Assembly (NCBI RefSeq): GCF_004010195.1
Contig: NC_057760.1
Span: 941,909 to 1,005,908 of the forward strand
Source: Chiloscyllium plagiosum
Lineage: Eukaryota
DNA length: 64,000 bases
Direction of reading: 5' to 3'
The notes under the pieces were generated by a model that did not search any database, was not told where the DNA came from, and worked only from the letters and a program-made list of their open reading frames with translations. Of this stretch, positions 25,955 to 38,136 are shown piece by piece. Every line of letters starts with the position of its first letter. The first letter of the stretch is position 1. The translations under genes and the position numbers were made by a program.

Positions 25955-26800
25955 GGCCTTGGGTAGTGTTGTAGAACAGAGGCACCTAGGGGTTCAGTTC
26001 CATAATTCTTTGGAGTTTGCATCATATAACAATAAAAGGTGGTTAAGAGGGGGTTTCACACGTTTGCCTTCATTGCTCAGTCCTTTTGAGTATAGGAATT
26101 GGGACGCTATATTGAGATTGTACAGGATGTTGGCGAGGCCTCTTCTGGAGAACTGCATGCAGGTTTGGTCTCCCAGTTATAGGAAGGATATTATTAAGCT
26201 GCAGAGTGTTCAGAAGAGATTTACCAGGATGTTGCCGGGTATGGAAGGTTTGAGATATCAGGAGAGGCTGGGGCTGTTTTCTCTGGAGCGTAGGAGGTTG
26301 AGGCGTGACCTTATAGAGGTTTATAGAATCATGAGGGGGATAGATAAGGTGCCCAAAACATGGACTCTCCTGCTCCTCAGACGCTGCCTGACCTGTTGTG
26401 CTTTTTCCAGCGCCACCCTTTTCGAATGACTCTGCAGTCCTCACTTTCTCACAGTGAAGGCAAATGGCAGCTGTTTATTTTCCCCCCCAAGGGTGGGGGA
26501 TTTCAGGACAAGGGGGCATATTTTTTCCAACTAAGAGGAGAAAGATTTAAAAAAAAACGTGAGGGGCAACTTTTGTTTTGTTTCTCAGAATGTGATTCGT
26601 GTGTGGAATGAATTGCCAGAGGAAGTGGTGGATGTGGGTACAGTTACAAATGTTTAAAAGACATTTGGATAAGTACATGAAGAAGAAACTTTTGGAGGGA
26701 TATGAGCCAGGAGCAGGCATTTGGGACTAGTTTAGTCTGGGATTATGGTCGGCGTGGACTAGTCAGATTGTAGGGTCTGTTTCTGTGCTGTATGACTCTA
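25955..26800 (+). mobile_element. CR1 3' fragment interrupted by a Penelope-type piece
   Basis: LYRMLARPLLENCMQVWSP, LFSLERRRLRRDLIEVYRI. Confidence 0.85.
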
Positions 26801-28819
26801 TGCAAGACTCCACAGTTCACAGGACACAACTGGGAGGAAGCAGCAGCTAATTGGTAGCTATAGTTTTGGTATGGAAGGATAAGCTCTCTGGATTTGAAAT
26901 GCTATAAAGCAATGTCGTTGAGGAATAGACTGCGGAGTGTTTTAAGATCGCCCTGAGATAGTTTGCTTTTTCTTCCTTTGTTGTAATAAATCTTTGTTGC
27001 TGTTGAAGAAAAGCTGCAGCCACAAGTGCTTACATTTCAGTGGACGGCCATCATTTTAAACTTTTTTCCCCGAGTATGATCCATCAGCTTTCATTCTGTC
27101 CAGTAGTAACATCAGCTGAGATCGTAACAAGTGGCAGTACTGACATAGCAGACGACCTGAAAGAAGTTATGATCATTCTGAAAAGTTTTGATAGGTTCGA
27201 CGCTGGGAAGATGTTTCCACTTGTGGGGTTGGATGACACCAGAATGTTGTGGGGTGAATAATGTAGGACAGTCACCAATCAGGAATTCAGGAGAAACATC
27301 GCCACCCCCAGAGACTGGAGAGAATGTGGGACTCACCCAAACAGGAACCGGTCAAAGCAAACAGCAGAGATTTTTGATTTGATTTAATTTATTATTGTCA
27401 CAAGTACCTCAGCACGGTGAAAAAAAGTTTTGTTTAGCATGTAGTTCAGGCAGATCATACCATACAAAGTGCATTAGGACGGAGTGAGGAATACAATGTT
27501 ATGCTGCAGAGAAGGTGCATAAACAGCAAGCGCAATATTGAAATTAAAAGTTTGAGAGGTCCATTCAGAAGTTTATTAAGTTTGATTATGTTGGTGTGTG
27601 CGTGTTTAAGCTTTTGTATCCTCTGCCGATGGAAGAGGTTGGGAAGAGATTATAATGGGGTGGGAGGGGTCTCTGATTATTTTGGCTGCCTTCCCGAGGC
27701 AGATGGGAGTATAGACGGAGAGACGCACTGAAGCGGAAAATGGCGATAGGGATTGGCAAAGAGTGAGATACAAAATGGAGGGTGGGAGTTGGGAGGAACT
27801 TTGGGTACAGTACAAACACAGACATGGAGGAGTGAGACCAAATGGCCTCTTCCTGTGAAGGCAGAGCCACATAATATATAGCTTGCCAATCCACCCACAA
27901 CAGTGTCCCACGTGCTGAGAGATAATGAAACACATGAATCCCCACCTTCCGGTGATTTGGAAATGATGCAACACTGAGCAGCTGCCACCCACATCCCCAG
28001 GTAATAACTGGTGTCAGACAGGCATTAGAAGATGACCAATTGTGCGTTTGGCAAAGGCCTTCCATTTACCTTTCCAGAAGATCTTAGCCCATTCCGTTCC
28101 CAAGAAGCCTACGTTTTCTTTTGATCGACATATGTGACACACTGTCGTTAAGATTAACAAGGACAGCTTCTTTTCAATGGCCAGCCAACAGTGTATTTCA
28201 GTTTGATACATAATGACTGATGCAGTCACTGGAGTGGAATCAATCACCAGGGGCCGCATGCCTCAAAAGAACTTGTTTGTTCACGGAGAATAAAAAGGGA
28301 AGCATTGCTTTTCACGGACTGTCTGCCCATCCCGGACAGACAGTTCAACATCTTTTGTGCACAAGAGTAGCCAGTCCACGCCAATCAGTCAGCATTTTCA
28401 TTTCCCCTCTGTGCAACACACAGTCTCTTATCCCAACCGCCTCCTAGACAATGGCCCAACTAAAACAATGGAGCTTCTGTCTGTCCTATCTGATTCAGAG
28501 CGACGGTCCCTGCAGGGAAGTGGTATGGTGGGGGCTGGGGCGGGTTCCCTGAGGGGGTGGATACTATATGCAATCACAGTTCAGTCAGTATGACCATTCT
28601 GTTTCAAGGTTTGGAACCTTCAGCAGGATAACAGCTGAGCATACGTCACTCCTTGCAATCCTGCCTCATGAGGACATGGGAAGTAATAGGAATGGACCAT
28701 GTGGCCTGTCGACTCTGTTCCACCATTCCATATGACAGTGTCTGTCCCTGGATTTCAAGTCCACCTTGCCATCCCACGCTCTCCGCATCCCTCGATTCCC
28801 AGAGAGACCAAAAACCAAA

Positions 28820-29095
28820 GGGAGGCATGGTGGCTCGGTGGTTAGCACTGCTGCCTCACTGCGCCAGGGACCTGGGTTCAATTCCCACCTCAGGGGACTG
28901 TCCCCATGGAGTTTGCACATTCCCCCAGCGTCTGTGTGAATTTCCTCCGGGTGCTCCAGTTCCCTCCATTGCCAATAGCGTTAGGTGCATTAGTCAGAGG
29001 GGAATGGGTCTGGGTGGGTTACTCTTCGGAGGGTCAGTGTGGACTTGGTGGGCCGAATGCCCTGTTTCCACATTGAAGGGAATCTCATCTAACCT
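28820..29095 (+). mobile_element. HE1-like SINE with an internal deletion
   Basis: Head, partial core and tail. Confidence 0.82.
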
Positions 29096-30303
29096 AAAAC
29101 CCTCAAACGTATTCAGTGATTGGGGGTCTCCCTCTGCGTCACAATTCCCCCCACGTCAAGAGATTCCTCTTCATCCCAGTCCGAAGTGGCCAATCGCTTC
29201 TCCGGAGACTGCGCCCCTTGTGTTTTACACTCCCCTGATCAGAGGAAACAACCTTTTACCCCAATGAAGTAGGCGGATAGGGCCAGTCAAACATCTGGGA
29301 GTGCCATCTGAGGAAATGCAAAGCTTTTCCACCATGGCAGGAGGAATAATAACAAAACAAAAAAAATCAGCATTACTTAAATGGAGGCACAAAGGAATCT
29401 GGGTGCTCTCGTATAGAAGTTACGAGAGGCTAGCCTGCAGGTACAGCACATAATCAAAGCAGCTGATGGAATGCTGTCCTTTGTTACAAGCGGAATTGAA
29501 CATTAAAGGAAGGGTATTCTGTTGCAGTTATCCAGGACATTGGCGAGGGCACATCTCAAATCTCTTGTGTACTTTTGGTCTTCTTACCCAAGAATGGATG
29601 TAAATGTATTGGTGGCAGTTCGGAAACTTACCAGCCTGGACTGACAGGGTCATCTAATGAAGGCGGGGCTTCTTCCCAATGGAATTGGAAAGAATGAGGG
29701 ATGAACATGATTGAAGTGAAGAGGATTCTGAATGACCCAGGTAAGGTGGACATTTCCTCCTCTGGGCGGTCCAGGACAAGGGGAGCACTGCTCAGAAATT
29801 TGGGAATCGTCCTTTTCGGACAGAGAGGAGGGGCATTTTTTTTCCTCCCCTTCCAAGCAGATCGAGAGCCTTTGGAACTCTGTGCCTCAGATGAAGGTGG
29901 GGAGGTAGTTTCAAAGGTGGAGGTGGATAGATTCTTAATAGGCAGGGTAATCAAAAGTTATTCAGGGGTAGACAGGGATGAGGAATTCAAACCAGAAACA
30001 TTGTTCAAACATGGTCTTATCGAATGATAGAGCAGGCTACAGGGGCTGAATAGCTTACTTCTGCACTTAGTTAATTTGTACACAAGCCCCTTTAGATCAT
30101 AGAATCATACAGCACAGAAACAGACCCCCTTGGTCTGACCAGTCCATGCCGATTATTCCCAAACTAAGCTAGTCCCACCTGCCTGCACTTGGCCTGTAAC
30201 CCTCCAAACCTTTCCTATTCATGAACTTATCCAAATGCCTTTTAAACGTCATGAACTTATCCAAATACCAGCATCCACTACTTCCTCAGGGGGTACATTC
30301 CAC

Positions 30304-31513
30304 CGTTGAGAGAGGATTTGTACCTCGGGCGCTCGTCGTGGTTCTGTTCGCCGAGCTGGGAATTTGTGTTGCAGACGTTTCGTCCCCTGTCTAGGTGACA
30401 TCCTCAGTGCTTGGGAGCCTCCTGTGAAGTGCTTCTGTGATGTTTCCTCCGGCATTTATAGTGGTTTGTCTCTGCCGCTTCCGGTTGTCAGTTCCAGCTG
30501 TCCGCTGCAGTGGCCGGTATATTGGGACCAGGTCGATGTGCTTGTTGATTGAATCTGTGGATGAGTGCCATGCCTCTAGGAATTCCCTGGCTGTTCTGTG
30601 TTTGGCTTGTCCTATAATAGTAGAGTTGTCCCAGTCGAATTCATGTTGCTTGTTGTCTGCGTGTGTAGCTACTAAGGATAGCTGGTCGTGTCGTTTCGTG
30701 GCTAGTTGGTGTTCATGGATGCGGATCGTTAGCGGTCTTCCTGTTTGTCCTATGTAGTGTTTTGTGCAGTCCTTGCATGGGATTTTGTACACTACATTGG
30801 TTTTGCTCATGCTGGGTATCGGGTCCTTCGTTCTGGTGAGTTGTTGTCTGAGAGTGGCTGTTGGTTTGTGCGCTGTTATAAGTCCTAGTGGTTGCAGTAG
30901 TCTGGCTGTCAGTTCAGAAATGCTCTTGATGTATGGTAGTCTGGCTAGTCCTTGGGGTTGTGGCATGTCCTCGTTCCGTTGTCTTTCCCTTAGGCATCTG
31001 GTGATGAAATTGCGGGGATATCCGTTTTTGGCGAATACATTGTATAGGTGTTCTTCTTCCTCTTTTTGCAGTTCTGGTGTACTGCAGTGTGTGGTGGCCC
31101 TTTTGAACAGTGTCTTGATGCAACTTCGTTTGTGTGTGTTGGGGTGGTTGCTTTCGTAGTTTAGGACTTGGTCTGTGTGTGTGGCTTTCCTGTATACCTT
31201 TGTGGTGAATTCTCCATTCAGTATTCTCTGTACCATCACGTCTAGGAATGGGAGTTGGTTGTCCTTTTCCCCCTCTCTAGTGAATCGGATTCCTGTGAGT
31301 GTGGCGTTGATGATCCGGTGTGTGTTCTCTATTTCTGTGTTTTTAATGATTACAAAGATGAGCCGTTGATTTGTTCATATATTTGGTTGTTGAATGTGAA
31401 GTGTGTTGTGAGGCACAGATCCAGTAGTTTGAGTATGCCGTCTTTGTTGACAGGTTCCCCGTCTTGTTGTCTGTTCTGTATGTCCAGCAGGTTGGCTATT
31501 GTTTCTCTGGCTA
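30304..31513 (-). mobile_element. Penelope-like element, 5'-truncated (RT C-terminus, GIY-YIG endonuclease, pLTR), inserted in a CR1 fragment
   Basis: ORF 30391-31239: VYRKATHTDQVLNYESNHP, NVVYKIPCKDCTKHYIGQTGR..RIHEH, REFLEAWHS. TSD gggtac(a/g)ttccac at 30291-30303 and 31514-31526. Confidence 0.93.
30371..30410 (-). ncRNA. Minimal type I hammerhead ribozyme motif in the Penelope pLTR
   Basis: GCA-CTGAGGA-T-GTCACCT(AGAC)AGGGGAC-GAAA-CG-TC-TGC: CUGANGA and GAAA cores, stem II, GCA/UGC stem I, GUC triplet. Confidence 0.75.
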
Positions 31514-32732
31514 GGGTACGTTCCACACGCGAACCACCCACTGAAAACAAAAAGGTGCCCCTCACGTTTTTTTAAATCTTTCTCCTCTCACCTGAAAGCA
31601 TGCCCCGGCCCTGAAATCCTAGGGAAAAGACACCTATCTTTCACCTTATTTCTACCCTTCATGATTTTATAAACCTCTATAATACTCCTTATAACTCAAA
31701 CCCACCATTCCTAGCAACATCCTAGTAAATCTCTACTAAGCCCTCTCCAGTTTAAGAATATCCTTCCTGTAACAGGGCGACCAGACTGGACACTGTACTC
31801 CAGAAGAGGCCTATCCAAAGTCCTGTACAACCCCAACATGATGTTCCCAACTCCTATACTTAAATATTTGAGCGACGTAGGCGAGCTTGCATAACATTTC
31901 AACCACCCTGTCTGCCTGCGACACAAACGTCAAAGAATTATGTACCCGACCCCTTCGGTCTCTGTTCTACAACACCATCCCAAAGCCCGACTTTTAATTG
32001 TGAAAGTCCTGCCCTTGTCTGTTTTACCAAAATGCAATACCAACAACAGCCTTGGACATTTCAGTGAGATCACACCTCATTCATCGAAACTCCCATTATT
32101 TAAGTCAGCCTCTCATCGTAGGACAATCCTCTCAACCCAGGGACCAATTCCCTGGGCGTCTACCACGACACCTCCTGTGTAATATACATCTTCTCAAACG
32201 TGGAGACCAAAACTGCACGCTGACGTGATCTCGGCAAAACCCTGTACAACCGGAACAAGACTTTTTAAAATCCTGCACCACAATACCGTTGCAAGAAAGG
32301 CTCGCGTCAATTTTATGAGTAGGTCTAACTCAGCCTGGAATAGATTCAGTCAATAACAGAATTACGAAGGCTCAGGATGGAAGTGAGGAGGAAGTTCTTC
32401 TGTCAAAGGATCACAAGTGGGAGACCCCTTGTTCTGAAACTGGGGGGGTGGGGGGTGTACAGTTCCAGACTCCCCCACGAAGGGGCAACATTCTCTCAAA
32501 CCTTCCCCATAGAATTGTACGTGCTACAGCAAGGTCGCCTCTCAGTCCTCTAAATTCCAACGGGCACCTGCCCAACCTATTCAACATTCCCTCAAAACCA
32601 AAACCTTTTCATTCCAGGAGTCAGCTTATTGGCTTCCCACCTTGGGTGCCCAAGCACCACACGCCTTCAAACTACGACAGTGAAACAGTGAAGGAGGCGG
32701 CTCCAAGGAAAGAGGACGTGTTTTCCACCAAC

Positions 32733-32945
32733 CTGTGACACCTCCTCAAAGTTTTTCCTGAGCTGTTCCATATCCTTCTGGTACTGGGCTGTAAGGTCTT
32801 CCATCGCCTTGTCGTGGCTGGACACCTCTTCCTTCAGAACGCCCTTCAGGGCTGTCAGCTCCCGCTCCTTCTGCCTCAGGATGTCTTCCACGGTCTGTTT
32901 GGCTGTGGCGACCATGTCCAGTTCCTCTTTTGTCCTTGCTAGCTC
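32733..32945 (-). CDS. CGN: Cingulin coding exon 7 (213 nt)
   Basis: cag|ELARTKEELDMV...LRQKERELTALKGVLKEEVSSHD...FEEVSQ|gttggt; family motif RELTALKGxLKEEV. Confidence 0.95.
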
Positions 32946-33639
32946 CTGTCAGAAGGAAGTAAAAAACGGTTAAAGGGATGGAACCCATTCAGTCCTAAAG
33001 TGTCTCCTAACCCTTCAGAAACAGTTAGCCAATTAATTTTTTTGTAAATCCACTTTTGGCAAGAGGGCGTTGCTGGCCAAGCTTGCATTTATTTCCGACC
33101 CTTGGTTGCCATCGTAAAGATGGTGGTGAGCTGCCTTCTTGAATCACTGCAGGCCACGTGGATGCCATTAGCCCCAACTGCAGCATCTTTACAGCACCAA
33201 GGGGAAACTTCAGCCTGACCAGAGAGTGACTGCCATCAACCCCCTCCCCCACCCCAACCCCAACCCTTTCTCTGTAACCGTGTAAACGAACTGTTTCCAA
33301 TCTCCGTCTGAAAGCCGCAATTGAATAACATAAGGAATAAGATTTGGAGCATTCCATCCAGCTCTTCAAACCCATTCATAAAAAGGCTGATCTTACTTCA
33401 ACATGACCTTCCTGAGTTATCCTTCTCTCACTCTCTCTCTCTTTAAATCTTTAATATCTAGAAATACATTAATCTCGGACTTGAAACACGATGACTGAGC
33501 CTCTGTTGCTCTCTGGGACAAAGAATTCCAAAGATTCAGCACTCTGAATGCAGACATTCCTCCTCATCTCAGTCCTAAATTGTCTCTAGTTCAGATAGTA
33601 TCTCTCCCTGGTTTAGATCCAAAAGGCAAAGCCACGTAC

Positions 33640-33778
33640 TGATAAAATCTCAGTGTCCCCACTGTCCCCCGTAGATTTCCTGCTACTTTTCAGCTCTTTG
33701 TGCATGGCAGCCATTTCATCCTGCAGGTCTCTCATCTCTGCCTCCACCGTCTCCTTCTCCATCTTCAGTTTCATCAGT
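33640..33778 (-). CDS. CGN: Cingulin coding exon 6 (139 nt, phase 2 to 0)
   Basis: tag|a LMKLKMEKETVEAEMRDLQDEMAAMHKELKSSRKSTGDSGDTEILS|gtacgt. Confidence 0.9.
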
Positions 33779-35476
33779 CTAAGGGAAGGGGGGGGGGGGG
33801 GGGAGGAGAAAAATAAGAGAGAACACGAACTGGTTAAATAAACTAATGCATAGCGACAAGCGGATTTGGGCCCCTGAAGCCTCAAAAAGGTCAGCAATTG
33901 ATTGAACTGAAGAAGTTTCAGCTGAATAAACTCTGGAGGTGGCGACGCAGAGGTTAAAAAAAAACTAAGCGATAAAAGAAGATCAAGTAGTGAAGATGCA
34001 ACAGCATTCGTGTTAAACTGTGGCAGTAGAACAAGACAAGCATAATGGAGGGAGACAAGAGCTTCTTAAAAAAATGTATTTTTAATTTTTTCGCGCGTTA
34101 AGACTTTTCTTTTTAAATCATCTTTTATGCTGAGGGACACCTTTTTCTTGCAGAGGGTGGTTCATGTGTGGAATGAACCGCCAGAGGAAGTGGCAGATGC
34201 AGGTACAGTTACAACATTTAAAAGACATTTGGACAGGTACATGCGATAGGAAAGGCTGAGGGGGATATGGGCCAAATACAGTCAACTGGGCTTACTTTAG
34301 TTTAGGAAACATGGTCGGCATGGACGAGTTGGATCAGTGTTGTATGACTCTATGACGCTATGTTTTGACAGTAAGAAATTTGATATGTGAACGCTGTATA
34401 GCTGCAGCTACAAAAAATGTACAGAGTTTTATAAGTGAGGCCGATTGGTTTGTGGACCAAGGACCAATTATCAAAGACAAAAGGTCCGCTGCCTGCCAAA
34501 AAGTGGCTGAACAACATGGACTGTGAACAAGATGAAGGAATACATTGTCAGAGCCGAAGAGGAGAAACCAGCAGGTCTGCAGCAGCCAAGCAACGCTCCC
34601 TCTCTGGTCTCTGCAGTCAGCCACTTCAAACCGGACTAAAACCAGCATTCTTTCAAACAATACAGGTGGTGGTGAGCCATGTTCTCAAACCACTGCAACC
34701 CGTGAGGCGCAGGGACAGCCGCAACGCTACTGAAGGAGCGAGCCCTGGGACAACCCACAGCAAAGGCAATGTCCAATATAGTTCCGAGTAAGGACTGCAC
34801 AAGGCTTGGAGGGGGTGGTGCTCCCAGATGCCTGCTGGAACCTTCCACTTCATGAGGGCTAGAGGTTGCAGGTTTGGAAGGTATTACCTGAAGCGGGAGA
34901 TGGCACGGGGCAGGGTGAGATTCGGCACACAGACACACAAGATGGCCGCTGGCCCACAATATGGAGAAAGAGAGAGACGGCAGAGCAAATACATACACTA
35001 CCTAGGCCACCAGAATGCCAGCACAATGCACTCACAACCTTGTTGATTAGTTTAGGGCGAGTGGGGGAAGAGAATAGACATCAGTAACGTACACTGCCCG
35101 CCAAAGCCAACACCTTTGATAGAAATGCTAACAGCTTCAGCCTCAATACAAAGTGATAATAGCCAGGGCTGCAGTAATCGTCCTTCTCAGGAAGAGCGAT
35201 TAGCGCCCATTACTACAGCAATGGACTTTGGTGCAGACATTGAAACTGACAATAACCATTCTGAAATTAACATAGGCTGTGCTGGAACTGACAATGACTA
35301 TACTGAAACTACCAACGACTTTGCTATGATTGCCATAAACAAATCATGTTACAAAGACAATGATCTCATCACTGACCTATTGTATCACAAGATGTATAAA
35401 AGTATCTTGACATGCTCTGGGTGAAGAGAAGAATCGCAGCTGACCACCATGCTGTCTGTGTCTTTCTCTCCCCGGA

Positions 35477-37118
35477 GAGAACCTGTGCTGTACCGGGCAG
35501 GAAGATCGCTGAGAGTCTCGCACCCCTCAGGGATACAATCGCCTACGTGCAGGACAGAGGGTTGGACACCTGCCTGATCAGTCTGGACCAGGAGAATGCC
35601 TTTGACAGGATATCACACACGTATATGAGAAATGTTCTCTCCAAAATGGGCTTTGGGGAGGGAATCTGCAATTGGATCAGACTGCTCCACACCAACATTG
35701 TCAGTGCAGTCTCAATCAACGGGTGGGAATCAGATCTGGAGTCAGGCAGGGCTGCCCCCTCTCTCCTGCCTTGTTTAAGTGCTGCGTAGAGCCATTTGCC
35801 GAGTCCATCCAGGAAGGATGCGAGCCTGAGAGGGGTGACTATTCCTGGCAGCGGGGGCCTGCAGGTTAAGTCCTCCCTGTACATAGATGACGTCGCCGTT
35901 TTCTGCTCGGATCCGCTGTTCGTGCACAGACTCATGTGCACATATGACCAGTTCGAATGGGCCTCAGGGGCCAAGGTAAACCGAGGCAAGAGCGAGGCCA
36001 TGCTCTTCAGGAACTGGGCCGACCAATCCTCTATCCCCTTCACTGTCAGGACTGACCACCTGAAGGTGCTGGGTATTTGGTTCAGGGGACGTGCGCCAAG
36101 TCTTGGGAGGAGCGTATCAGCAAAGTGAGGCAGAAACTGGGCAGTTGGAAGCTATGGTCACTCTCCATCGCAGGAAAAAACCTGTCCTCGGTGTTGCGGA
36201 GGATGGGCCTGGCCTTGTTGCCGCGGAACACTCCGAGTAGTTGGACCGTTCCGTATCACCTGTCCTTCGTGGAGAAGTTTATGAAGAAAAACACCTTTGA
36301 CCACAAGTCCATCAGGAAGTGGTCAGCACGTAGTGTCCTTGAGACCCTTCGGGAAAAGGAGAGGGCGGATCCTGTCGAGCGGTTCCCTGAGCAGACTGTC
36401 AAAGCCATTTGGCAAAATGCCTCATCGCTAGAACTTTCTAACAAGCACCAAGACATGGCTTGGCTGGTGGTGAGAAGGGCTCTACCTATGCACGCCCGGA
36501 CTCTCTGCCACACCGCACGCTGCCCTCGAAGCGGCTGTGGGGGGACGAGACTGTCACACACCTCCTTCTGGAATGTGCCTATGCAGAGGAAGTCTGGAGA
36601 GGAATGCGGTGGTGTTTGTCGAGGTTCGTCCCGAGCAGCGCCGTGATGCGTGACTCCGTGCTCTACGGCCTGTTCCCCGGGACGCACACCGAGACGAACA
36701 TCAACTGTGCCTGGAGGATCATCAACTCGGTGAAGGACGCTCTCTGGGTGGTCCGAAACCTGCTGATCTTCCAGCTGAAGGAGTTGACCCTGACTGAGTG
36801 TTGCAGACTGACACATTCCAAGGTCCAGGACTACGTGTTGAGGGACGCGCTGAAGCTTGGGGCAGCTGCCGCCAAGGCGCGGTGGGGAAAGACCACGGTG
36901 TAACGTCTGCCTGCCTACAGAAGAACAGGGGGCCCATGCAGTCATTTGGGCTCTGCTGACGCCTCAGCTAATTATATGGACATAAACGTAGAGACCTGTA
37001 TATAAAAATGATAAATTCTGATCTCTGTATGTAAATGTTTATGTATATATGGCATGACCAACTGTACAGACCATCAAATTATTTTATGAATTAAGTATAT
37101 TTTTGAAATTAAAAAAAA
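35477..37118 (+). mobile_element. Tx1/L1-clade LINE 3' portion with a poly(A) tail
   Basis: LISLDQENAFDRISH, VRQGCPLSP, LYIDDV and a CPRSGC...ETVTHLLLEC zinc knuckle; A8 tail; TSD gtct(t/c)tctctccccgga at 35460-35476 and 37119-37135; frameshifted. Confidence 0.9.
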
Positions 37119-37809
37119 GTCTCTCTCTCCCCGGAACTCCAGTATTTTCTTGTACAATAAACTCTGTCATTGAACACCCTCAGAGACTGGCGATTTTCCC
37201 CAGAACATACCAAAAATCAAGTCAAATGCTTGGAGATTGTTTACAAAAACAATGATCAAGATTTGGAGCAGGTTTCCAAACAGGATTCTGGTGAATATGA
37301 TTTTGTGAAAGAGATGGTCACCGGGGGGGGGGGGAAAAAAAAAATCAAGGGTCTTTCAAAAAAACACAGAGTTCATTCTGTGCACTAAAAATCAGACAGC
37401 TGATTCAACCTAGCTGACAGAAATCTTTGCAAGTCAAATTACCATTTTTTTTTTTGAAAAGTTGTTAATGGAGTTTCAGAAAAGAGGAATTTGATCAGAA
37501 GGTCAGTGTGTCCCTAACCTATCCTTTGCCTTACACAGAACAACAAGCAGATGGATATTTTACAGAGTAGAGATTTGACAGACTAGTCCTTTCTGGGATT
37601 CTCCAGCATCTTGCACTCTACTTTGCAAACTGCAGAACATTATTTTTTTTTTAATTTATTGTCAGTTTGCATTTCTGACTTATTTTGGGTTAGTAACCAA
37701 TAGGATTTCTTTGTACCTGAAGTTAAATCATTAACTTGCAAGCATATCTATAGCCATTGAGGTTCCATTTAAAGCAATTCTGAGGCCCGTCTGAAGAGGG
37801 AATGCATCA

Positions 37810-38136
37810 ATTAGATTAGATTAGATTAGATTACTTACAGTGTGGAAACAGGCCCTTCGGCCCAACAAGTCCACACCGACCCGCCGAAGCGCAGCCCACC
37901 CAGACCCATTCCCCTACATTTACCTCTTCACCTAACACTACGGGCAATTTAGCGTGGCCAATTCACCTAACCTGCACATCTTTTGGAGTGTGGGAGGAAA
38001 CCGGAGCACCCGGAGGAAACCCACGCAGACACGGGGAGAACGTGCAAACTCCACACAGTCGCCTGAGGCGGGAATTGAACCCGGGTCTCTGGCGCTGTGA
38101 GGCAGCAGTGCTAATCACTGAGCCACCGTGCCGCCC
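37810..38136 (-). mobile_element. HE1-like SINE
   Basis: (TTAGA)n tail; full length. Confidence 0.9.
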
